This document shows, piece by piece, positions 47,735 to 58,401 of a stretch of DNA of 61,197 nt. The DNA comes from Nemertoderma westbladi. Its lineage: Eukaryota; Animalia; Xenacoelomorpha. Position numbers and translations under genes: made by a program. The stretch lies in the NCBI GenBank assembly GCA_032718475.1, contig JAUCBJ010007761.1, positions 1 to 61,197 of the forward strand, written 5' to 3'. Below the pieces are notes generated by a model, which was not told the DNA's origin, did not search any database, and saw only the letters and a program-made list of their open reading frames with translations. Every line of letters begins with the position of its first letter. The stretch's first letter is position 1.

Positions 47735-48345
47735 CAAGGTGTAGTAAAATAAATTAAGTCTAGTACTGAAGGTATTTAGGTTAATCTTGTATATAATATT
47801 GGAGTATTAAAATGGGTATAATATGGTGTGAGTAAGAAATTAAGGAGTGGAGGAGTGGAGTCAAGTAAGCAAACAGAGGATGAAAGAACAAAACCTACTG
47901 TAGTACTGTATGTTATATGGAATATATGATTGTGTGTTGGTACTGACACGGCACGGCCGTGGAATTATCTTGGTGGAAGGTTGTGTACAGTAAAGGGGGG
48001 TGGATAATAAAACTATTGATAAAAGGCCCTTACATTGCTCGAGAGATAACGGTTGATATGAGAGGTGTTAATATAATAACTATAATAATAAATAATATAA
48101 TAATATAATATAATATATAATAATATAATAAATAAGTCAGATGTTATCAATATTGTATTGTACCATATAACCAGAGACTTGTTGGTGTAGTGGTTCATTC
48201 CTGTATATTTATTATTGTGATATTTACTAAATGAAATATCACTTCTATCGGTATCATAAGTCCTAAATGTTTTGTGTTCGAAGCAAATAAGCATATAAAC
48301 TTTAAGATATTTTTCCAAATCGCACTAACTATACTTATTTGCTTC
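47735..48345. repeat. Unclassified dispersed repeat, copy 2
   Basis: Matches 4894-5446, with an AT microsatellite expansion and a short terminal inversion. Confidence 0.8.
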
Positions 48346-51300
48346 ACACTAAGATATCCTCCTGGGATCCTATTCTATCCTTAACGTGGTTGAAATAGTA
48401 TTATTGCAATGGACGCAACATATATCTCAACCGGGATTTATCCCAACAGAAGAAAGAACCCTTGGACGAGAACTGAACGAGCCTGTGGTAGTGAATAATA
48501 CTAAACCAATAAAGGATATAATTAGGAGGGTAATAACAGAGAATGTTACATTGACAAACAGAATGAATCATAGCGTGGTACGATTAAAAGCAGTGAAGTA
48601 ATAACCAGGATGAGGTGTGATATACTGAGTGTAATGGCCAAGCCCAATATAGATACTGCATATTGGTAAGACCTAACAATGGTGCAATAAAGCGTCACCC
48701 CGTAAGTCGATTATTGTAGTTCTGAGATATTCGATAAAAACTGTTTATTTTTTTAGAAAGATGCATCAATTTAGTTGTTGTGTTTTTTGTGAAAAAACGC
48801 AAATATAAATATTACAATACCCGATTTTATTTAAATAATAACTCCCTAATATGTGGCTGTGTAATTAATATATATATCTATTTTATTTACTTTTACTATA
48901 ATGTGCTTCCTATTACTGTATTAATTTTTATAAACTACTTATTTTACTTATCCATTGGATAAATTAAATGCCTTTATATCATTGTGTTTTTTGGTAACTA
49001 AATATATATAGAATTCATATAACTAAACTTTCTATTTAATTTGGAATCACCTTTGAAATATATTGCGGTTTTTTGTAAAAATTCTGACTTATGGTGTTTT
49101 GCCAAAACAAGGGGGAACACCGTTTTCTGGTATTATCCCGTAACTATACGATAGTTGCGGGGTATTGCCTAGAAAACAAGGTATCCTCAATTTGGCAAAA
49201 CACCATAAGTCCGAATTTTTATAAAAAACACGCAAAATATATCAAATTATAGCCAAGGCTAGTATCGTGCGTCCTTAATTATTTAGTGAGTAGTGTGCAG
49301 TTAGTGCGTAGGTAGCTAAATACGTGCTATCTAACATGTTAACTAGCACATGATCAGGTGTTAGTATTACCTGTAAACGCAATAATAACAAATAAGCACA
49401 TACAATATAGTTAACACACTTGCGCACATGTTGAAAATTTTTGAATTCCAAATTCTAAAGTGCTCCATAAGTTTTTGATATTTTGGTATAAATTGCTTCT
49501 AAAATAAGTACGGGACTGTAGTCAAAATCATGTATCAATACAAATTGAACAAAATGTAGCCAAATGCAGAACTATAAGAACAAAATTTAGATTCAAGAAA
49601 GCGGAACTCTAAGTACAAAATATAGCCATGGGTGGTACTCTACAGTAAGAACAAAGTCTAGCTACAGGGTTACAGCTACGTTAAAGTTAAAGTAAAGTTC
49701 ACTTACAGTACGTCATGACGAATAATTAAAGACTGTTTTTTTCGACTGTACGTGGCAACATTTTGAGCAACTCTATCAGCAACTTGGTGAGCATGTCAGG
49801 TTGCCGATCCATGTGGAGAGCGCAAATGGAGCATTTGCGCCATGCAAGTGCATGGCCGATGGCGTTGGCCATGTGGTATTGTTCTAGAATATTACAGTAT
49901 TATTAATGCCATGTAAAGTTAAAAGTTAAAGCCCATGTTGCTGATGGAAAATAACAAATGCCTACCTTGATTTTGTTAAGGTCAGTTTTGTTTATACTTG
50001 AAGGCTTACATATATAAGTATACATGGGCATAATATTCCAAATACTTTTGTTGCGCCTGTCGATTCGTATAAATCGACAGGCGCATAAACCCCCCCAATT
50101 TATATTACTTGTGTATTATTATTTGTGGAAGTAACACATAACCCTAAGCTGGTGGAAGTGGAGCTCTTTTGGAACACACCAGAAATACCAGAGAACATTA
50201 TATTAATTATAATTCTTTGCACTAAAGTGAATTCTTCTTGAAATTATGTGCAAAATTTTCAACCATTCATACGAATCAGTAGTCAGTAATAATAATATAT
50301 ACAGTATTCCACAACAATTAGTTATTGTAAATATATGTTAAATGAACAATTTTTTTGGTGGGTGTGGGGGGGCGGGCGGGGTTGTTGCGTCCGCGCTTGT
50401 TGAAAAGTGTTCACCACAATGTCGGCACTTTGCCAAGAAAATAGCTGAAAATTAAGAAAGCGCACATAATTGTGTTTCTTATATATTTATCTTTAATAGT
50501 TATATCAAAGTAAAATGTTGAACTATGAAGTAAATTGAGATTAATTTGCATTTATTACAATAAATTATTACAATAACAATACGATTCAAAGAGAGATTAG
50601 ACTAAGATAAGACTACAATAAGATTCAAAAAGAGCGCCAATGCGCGTATGGGGGGGGGGGGGGGGGGGTGGTCAGGGGTTCCGGTAAATCCATTTGAAAG
50701 TAAATGTAAAACGAAACCAAATAAAAATACATGAAAATAACAAAATGAAAAACGCAATAATGAGTGTTTCGATTGGTTAATTTTAGTTTCGTTAAATTAA
50801 AAATTAATCATGTACGGTACATAAATTTAATCATATATAAAAATAACGGGAAAATTAATACCCATTGGGTACCGGTACCGGTACTATTATAATGCAATAG
50901 CTTAGTGCCCGGCTGCCCGTTCCACAATAATACTGTAAGGCACTACTAATAAGGCAATACTGATAGTAAATTACTACATACATGAAACGAAATTGAAATT
51001 TCTTTCGTTTTGCAAAAATTAATTCTTCTTAAATATTAATAAACAAATTGAATAATATAGAAAAATAATTGAAAAATTAACAGGGGATCAATCTTCCAGG
51101 TGTTCTTCATAAAAACTGAGTTAAAGTCAATATAGTTTTAATTGTTTCTTCTTTACATTTTGTTATAAAATACTCGATAAACCCTAATTGTGGATCTTCA
51201 ACATTGCCAACATTCTTCTTGATATATTATTATATGCAAAATTTTCAAGCATATTTAAAACAATCGAAAGAGTGAAACCGGTAGTCACACAGCAATTGGA

Positions 51301-51669
51301 TGTGGGGCGAGACACGAATGGCGAGCCATCAGCGAACTGATATAATTATACTATGACCGTTTTTCAAAAGTCTGTGTGTGTGTGTCGGAAGCCATAAATG
51401 TCGGAAGCCATAATCTAAATTAATATCTTCAGCTAAATTGTATGGTTGAGTCATTTTGAACGGCCTCTACATGGAAATTAATTATTTAGCACCATACGAT
51501 TAAAGTTATTTTGCACAGAAATTAGATATCTGGAATCCATGTACCCCATTCCATTATAGTTTTTTATTTTTTCAAGTGATTTGCGTTAATAAAGGTATTT
51601 TTTATTGATTTAAACATAATTAACATTGTAAATTCATACGCTGATTCCATTCTCCCCCATAGAGCCTAA

Positions 51670-52210
51670 GGCCCCCCTCACACGGAGCAAATTGTTTCTG
51701 TACTTGTTTCTGAAACTTGTTGCTGGACCCCCTCACACACAGAAACAAGTTGCTGCAACTTGTTTCTGCAACTTGTTTCGGAAACTTGTTTCAGCAACTA
51801 GTTGCTGGACCCCCTCACACACAGAAACTTGTTGCACAAGAAAATAACAATTATTTCAAAACAAATAGCTAACATGTCCAGTGATTTATATATAATATCA
51901 AAACACTCAATTTATCGAATATTAGCTCTAATATAAAAATTGGATGTAAAAAGGGTTTTTAAAAAAGTTGCTGGGAATATAACTTCCAGCAACTTGTTGC
52001 TGGACCCCCTCACACACAGAAGTAAGTTTCGGAAACAAGTTGCAGCAACTTGTTGCTGGACTCCTCACACACAGAAACAAGTTTCGGAAACAAGTTGCAG
52101 CAACAAGTTTCTGTGTGTGAGGGGGCCCAGCAACAAGTTTCAGAAACAAGTTGCAGAAACAAGTTGCAGAAACAAGTTGCAGAAACAAGTTGCTCCGTCT
52201 AAGGGGGGCC
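51670..52210. mobile_element. PIF/Harbinger-type MITE
   Basis: TAA TSD on both sides; TIRs GGCCCCCCTCACACGGAGCAA / TTGCTCCGTCTAAGGGGGGCC; internal GAAACAAGTTGC repeats. Confidence 0.85.
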
Positions 52211-52455
52211 TAAGGCATGGCAAGGGCTGCTGTGCCCAATAATATTTCTTTAAGTTGTACATTACTAACATGGCAAGCTAAAGTCATTGACCAAGCCAGT
52301 GCCTAGGCTAGCACACAAGGACATAACTGTAGTAGTTTTGTAGAAGGAGTAGTGCTCCTTCAATACATCTCAATAGTCAATAGTTATTGAATTATTAATA
52401 AATAAATGTTTTAAAATATATCTTACGAAATATGGTTAATAATTAAAACTTGTCG

Positions 52456-52980
52456 CTAACATTCTCGCTATGGGGGTGCTGATTACATTTCTGATGTCAG
52501 TTTTCACGTTTACATAAATCTAGTCTGTCTGTCTGTCGGTCGTTCTGTTAGTCAGTCTGTCAAAACATAAAAAATAATTCAAATTAACTAACATTCTCGC
52601 TATGAGGGTTTTAAGGGGTGCTGATTTCATTTCTGATGTCAGTTTTCAGGTTTACATAAATCTAGTCTGTCTGTTTGTCGGTCTGTCGGTCTTTCTGTCA
52701 GTCAGTCAGTCTGTCAAAACTTAAAAAAGAATACAAACTAACTAACATTCTCGTTATGGGGGTTTTAATGGGTGCTGATTTCATTTCAGATGTCAGTTTT
52801 CACGTTAAATAAATCTAGTCTGTCTGGCTGTCGGTCTTTCTGTCAGTCAGTCTGTCAAAACTTAAGAAAGTATACTAACTAACCAACATTCCCGCTATGG
52901 GGGTTTTAAGGGTTGCTGATTTCATTTCTGATGTCAGTTTACACGTTTACATAAATCTAGTCTGTCTGTCTGTCGGTCTT
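52456..52980. repeat. Tandem array of four ~130-150-bp units carrying GTCT microsatellites (Helentron/DINE-1-like)
   Basis: Unit TAACATTCTCGCTATGGGGG...GCTGATTTCATTTCTGATGTCAGTTTTCACGTTTACATAAATCTAGTCTGTCTG occurs four times. Confidence 0.8.
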
Positions 52981-54159
52981 ACTATTAGTATGTACTACTG
53001 TACTGTGGTTGGCATTACGCCATATACCTAACATTGATAATACAGTCTACAATACAGCTTATTTACAGTACACAATGGATTTTTTCCCATGAAGAGCACT
53101 AAATGTCTTTAATACTGTCCACCAGTATACCTAGACCAAGAGCCTTCCAATAAAACATGTATTCCAGCATGACGTCCACTGCATGTCTTACAGTAGTGTT
53201 GTCCATGGTGACATGCACTGGACGTCATAGGCTCAAAGGGGTTAAGCAACACGGTCCCTACTTCGCCCTGTCGACACCCCAGCCATTTTTCACCAATCCT
53301 TTTTTAGAGTTTTTAAATTTTTTTGTTATTGGTGAAAGTTCTAGAACATTAGTAGATATGTTTTTTATGATATCTACCGGTAGTGTTTTTTTGCTAGCTA
53401 GTATTTTTAGAAATTATAAAAATTGTGAAAGTCCATGATATTTCAGGTTAAACTGTTGAAGAATATATTAATGACCAAAATAATTTCCAAAAATTACTAG
53501 CTAGTAAAAAATACTAGCATTATACCATAAAAAATCTACTAAGGTTCTAGAACATTCACTAATATAAAAAAGCACTCAAAATCACAAAAAATTAAAGGTT
53601 ATGCCGAAACAATCAAATCTTACACACTTAACACACACGAACTAATTTAATGTGTGTATTAGTATGCCTGAATAAATCAAATAGAAATTAAATTAATGAA
53701 CGCTATTTCAACATGAAATCTACGGAATCAATACACAACACACGCACACTACTGAATTTAAAAATTTATATAGATTGCAACTTATATTTGGCTACCTTTT
53801 AATGGGTGACTAATTTAATTATTCACCCCTATATATTTGTAGCCTTTTTAATTTATGCCTCTAATTGAATCAAACATTAAACTAAAATATATGTATCAAT
53901 ATTGATCTGTCTGTAGCTGGTCAATGAATCTCTCATAAATGTGATAATTAGTCGCTGCTCAGTCATTGAACATTTGAACACGTGCTGCTCGAAGACCCCA
54001 CAACGTGTCTTTAGTGGGATTGGAAACACTCCAGAGAACATATTAAATTCAACTTCATCATTCCAAAGTGAATACTTCTTGAGATATTGCCTTTCAAAAA
54101 ATCAACCAATCTTAGACCACGTAGCAAAACCCGGCAATCCAACGGCTATAAAACATCGT

Positions 54160-54775
54160 CAGTGAGTTAGCGCATACTCCAGAGAATATTCCTAGCCTTC
54201 AAACTTCATCCCAATGTGAAGCAAACTCGAGATATCATCGTTCAAAGAATTGGCCAATCACAGGCCGTATCTGGTGACCACAGTATAGGGGTGACTTGGA
54301 ACCTCAACGCCAGATTCAGAACAACATCCAAAACATATTCGCATAAAATCTTACCACAAATTGTCAAGGCCTAGGTACGTTTTCTGCGTTTGAAAATTTC
54401 AACCAATCAGGTGCCAGATACAGTGACCACGTTACGCGAGTGATCTGGGACCCCAATATATATCATCAGTGAGTTAGGGCATCCTCCAGAGAATATTCCT
54501 AGCCTTTAAACTGCATCCCAAAGTGAAGGAAACTCGAGTTATCATCGTTCAAAACATTAGCCAATCAGGCGCCGTATCAGATGACCACGGTATGGGGGTG
54601 ACTTGGGACCTCAATGCGAGATTTAGAACACCATCCAAAACATATTCGCATAAAATCGTACCACAAATTGTCAAGGCCTAGGTATGTTTTCAGCGTTTGA
54701 AAATTTCAGCCAATCAGGTGCCAGATACAGTGACCACGGTATGCGAGTGACCTGGGACCCCAATGGAAGGTTCAG
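54160..54775. repeat. Two ~306-bp tandem units with CCAATCA sub-repeats
   Basis: CAGTGAGTTAG(C/G)GCAT...CCAGAGAATATTCCTAGCC at ~54160 and ~54467; related degenerate sub-units flank them. Confidence 0.8.
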
Positions 54776-55519
54776 AGTACTGGCCAAAACATTTACGCAT
54801 CAAATTGTACCGTAAAATGTTACTGCATATCGGCAAGTTAACCTACCAGTATTTGAGCAGCAAAAGATCAGGTCTGACTGCATGATTTGAGACTGATCAT
54901 ATTTTCTTTTGCATGCATAAGATGCCCTTCAATGGTCTCTATCTGCTTCATTGATCTAAATCCATATCGTCAGATAGCCTGGGATGCTGTTATAAGATTT
55001 ATTTTGATTTGGTGCAATTTGGGTAAATTTGGGGTAAACCATGGTATCAATAACTTCCAGTCAAATGCCTACTTATTAAGAACATTGCTATAAATGTCAA
55101 TCATCTATAGCCTACAAACTAAGGGTAACTGTCAGCCAGTTACAGTACATGGGCAGATGGGTATACTATAAGTACAGAAGTACTTGGATATTCCTGTATT
55201 CACAATATTCAACTATATGAAGATAGGTTTTGACTAAAATTCGGCATCTGATGTAACGTTTTGACTAGGCCGATCTGCCAAAAGAACCTCCACTATATCT
55301 GCCCTACATGTTGGCCTACCATACCTGCACCGGTGCTCACTAGAGACTGTGGAGGTAGGCCATCAAGTTGCTCTAGGTAAACGCGAAGTTTGTTGCTGTA
55401 AAAGATGCCTCATATCAAAAAAAAAAAACTAAAAGTCAATGTTACTCAAATTATAAGTTGCTAGTTGCTACCAAGTTGTCTAAAACGTCCGGCAACTTAG
55501 AGTAACTTATAACAACTTG

Positions 55520-56090
55520 GACACAAACGTTAAATGAGGGACATATATTTATCAGCGCCACAAACATTAATGTGCGACAAACATTATTCAGGGGGACAAA
55601 CATTAATGTGGGACATAAACATTGATGTGGGACACAAACATTAATGAGGGACACAAACATTAATTGAGGGACACTAACATTTAATGAGGGACACAAACAT
55701 TAATGAGGGACACAAACATTAATGAGGTACACAAACATTAATGAGCGACACAAACATTAATGAGGGACACAAACATTAATGAGGTACACAAACATTAATG
55801 AGGGACACAAACATTAATGAAGGACACAAACATTAATGAGGTACACAAACATTAACGAGGTACACAAACATTAATGAGGTACACAAACATTAATGAGGGA
55901 CACAAACATTAATTGAGGGACACTAACATTAATGAGGGGCACAGACATTAATGAGGGATACAAACATTAATGAGGGACACAAACATTAATGAGGGACACA
56001 AACATTAATGAGGTACACAAACATTAATGAGCGACACAAACATTAATGAGGTACACAAACATTAATGAGGGATACAAACATTAATTGAGG
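55520..56090. repeat. 20-bp minisatellite (GGGACACAAACATTAATGAG-like), roughly 28 units
   Basis: Directly visible tandem array. Confidence 0.95.
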
Positions 56091-56663
56091 CATTAAAATA
56101 CAGTAACAACAATAAATAATAACATATTAATCTGACCAAACCAATGAACTGAACTGAACTGAACTGAAATTTATTTTTCACAATAATAGCTTTTAACATA
56201 GAAGAACGCACCAAAAATATATAAGATATGAGTACTGTATTACTATTATAATATTATTAAACTGTTAAACACAGGTCAATGTTCTTAATAGTGAATGGAG
56301 ACCGCATGTAGCTCAGTGAGCTAGAAATACGCAGCCACCATGGAAGAGTAATTAAATTATTATAAGAAGACTAGAAATTACTTGCAAACCAGCTATGCAG
56401 GTAATAGCTGCAACCAGAGAGGATTGGGGTGAGGGGGGGGGGGGGGGGGGGGGTGGGGGGTAGGGCGCGTCAAAAAATAGAATTTTGGAAATTTAAAGTG
56501 AAGTGGCCATTTTTATCTGGACAAGGCCATCGGTTGACGGTTTCTGTTTCATTGGATGACGATCACGAATCATATAGTAAGGCTAAATAAAGCCTGAAAG
56601 CTACATAGGCCTAGGCTTATACTGCATACTGCAGTACTGCCTTAGGCAGATAGGCCTAGACTT

Positions 56664-58235
56664 ATGAGCCTAAACCGTTCGCGTACGCCGTACGGCAATC
56701 GGGAATCGGCAACTACTACGATGACCAGTCATGCAGTACCGGTCATGCGGTCTGAAGCGGAGAACAGTAATACTACTGGTGCTGGAGGCGGTATAAGTAC
56801 AAGTATGAGCATTGACTCGCAACCCTACTCGCAAGGTTCGGCACCCGGTCCTGCTTGGGCTGATGAAGATCCCACTCCAATTATCAACTCGTGTCTGTCT
56901 TTGTTGTTACAAGGGATGTCATCTGCTACATTTGATGTTGCGCGGGAAGCCTGTCTAGGAAGGTTCACCCAAGATGAAGTTAGGACTGCAAAGGTAATGT
57001 TGTTCAATAGGTGTGGTGCGGATATAGTAAATAGGCGCGATACTACAGATAGATCGGCAAGCGAAGCCAATTTTAAGGATTTGTGGGAAAAAATGAAAGA
57101 GTTGGATGTTTCTGGAAGGTTACCAGTGATAGCGGTTCTGGCTTTGGATGCCCTGTCCCTACCAGCCCTACAGTCTAGTGATGGCGTAGCAGGCGTAGAG
57201 GCGGCTACCAAAGTTGATATGGTTGATAAGAAATTAGATCGTTTTGAGAAGGTGTTCAGTGAGAGACTTAAAGATATTGAGAAGGGATTTTCTGCCCAGA
57301 TAGATAATATAGCTGATCTCATTGGTAGTCTGCGCAGGCCTGACGACGATGGGAGGCCTCATGTTTCCAGACCGACAGTGACACGTACCGGTACGGGTAC
57401 GGGTACCAGTTGGGACAGGCCGGGCCCATTACAGCCAGATCGGCCGTCTGCTGTTCCTATTATTGGCGGCGCCAATGAGTCTGAGGTTTCGGTGCTCCTA
57501 AGTTACCCTCCAATGCTAGGTCGATCATCCCAGGTGGTGCCTAATGTTGGCCCAACTAATTCATCGAACGCGGCAACTGTTAATTCGGGATACGCCAGAA
57601 AGAACTATGTGGCTGCAGTGCGCGGGCAGCAGCCCGCTCATGGTCGGCCGAGTCATATGGCAAACCGTACCGGTATTTCTAATTACTGGTCTCCACTGGT
57701 AACGCCTACGCAATCCCCTCGGGTGTTTAGCGATAGGGGTAGTGTTAAGAGGACAAGGCCTAATTCGCCTAACTTGGCTCCAAGGGATACCGGTAATGTC
57801 TTTAGTGGCTCTGGGTATACGGAAGTTGTGAATAAACCGAGGCGTCGCAATCGGGAGTTTATTGTTGGAACCAAAAAGAGTCCCGTTGGTGGAGCGGCGG
57901 ATGACGACCAGTCTTCTTCCAAAAAGACAGGCTTGCGTGCGGCACCGGCGGATGTATTTGTGTTTCGGTTATCGCCCGATACAACCGCTCAGGACATCGT
58001 GGATTGCCTTGAGACACAGGGAGTTCAGATCCCTCTATCATATGTAAAGAGGATTTCGCACCCAGATGCCATCTCTGCAAGCTTTCGGGTATCGGTTACG
58101 GCTAAGAGTGTGGAGAAAGCTCTTTCGTCGGAGACATGGCCCTCTGGCGTTTGCGTACGCAAATGGGTACATAACAGGAGCATCAACACAACTGGTCGTT
58201 TTAATGGCGGGCAGTCACGTAACGTAATCGAGTAG
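56664..58235 (+). CDS. LINE ORF1 protein (helical N-domain, coiled coil, disordered linker, C-terminal RRM-like domain)
   Basis: Intact 523-aa ORF. DVFVFRLSPDTT...SASFRVSV...WPSGVCVRKW is the usual non-LTR ORF1 C-terminal motif. Lies directly upstream of an APE-RT ORF. Confidence 0.88.
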   Translation: MSLNRSRTPYGNRESATTTMTSHAVPVMRSEAENSNTTGAGGGISTSMSIDSQPYSQGSAPGPAWADEDPTPIINSCLSLLLQGMSSATFDVAREACLGRFTQDEVRTAKVMLFNRCGADIVNRRDTTDRSASEANFKDLWEKMKELDVSGRLPVIAVLALDALSLPALQSSDGVAGVEAATKVDMVDKKLDRFEKVFSERLKDIEKGFSAQIDNIADLIGSLRRPDDDGRPHVSRPTVTRTGTGTGTSWDRPGPLQPDRPSAVPIIGGANESEVSVLLSYPPMLGRSSQVVPNVGPTNSSNAATVNSGYARKNYVAAVRGQQPAHGRPSHMANRTGISNYWSPLVTPTQSPRVFSDRGSVKRTRPNSPNLAPRDTGNVFSGSGYTEVVNKPRRRNREFIVGTKKSPVGGAADDDQSSSKKTGLRAAPADVFVFRLSPDTTAQDIVDCLETQGVQIPLSYVKRISHPDAISASFRVSVTAKSVEKALSSETWPSGVCVRKWVHNRSINTTGRFNGGQSRNVIE

Positions 58236-58401
58236 GCCTAACGCAAACTATTTTACTCAACGCATGAATGATTAGTATAGATCATCAAACTTTTTTTTTT
58301 TTTCTTTACAAACTTTATAAAGGAAGATTTTCCTTTATATATTTTCTATCCATAACTTTATATATTATATAATAGTACCGCTCGTTAACAGTATTTCATC
58401 A

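Noticed and set aside
49700-49890. AG...GTAAGT-bounded segment as an exon
   Set aside because: Stops in all three minus-strand frames; its palindromic content suggests a MITE relic.
53169-53245. Cys/His-rich reading (CHHGQHYCKTC) as an upstream Ly6 exon
   Set aside because: It is a 19-bp inverted repeat next to an AGGGG-TTAA piggyBac-like end, and has no suitable splice sites.
56825-58080. Minus-strand and alternative-frame ORFs over LINE ORF1
   Set aside because: Shadow frames of a GC-balanced coding region.
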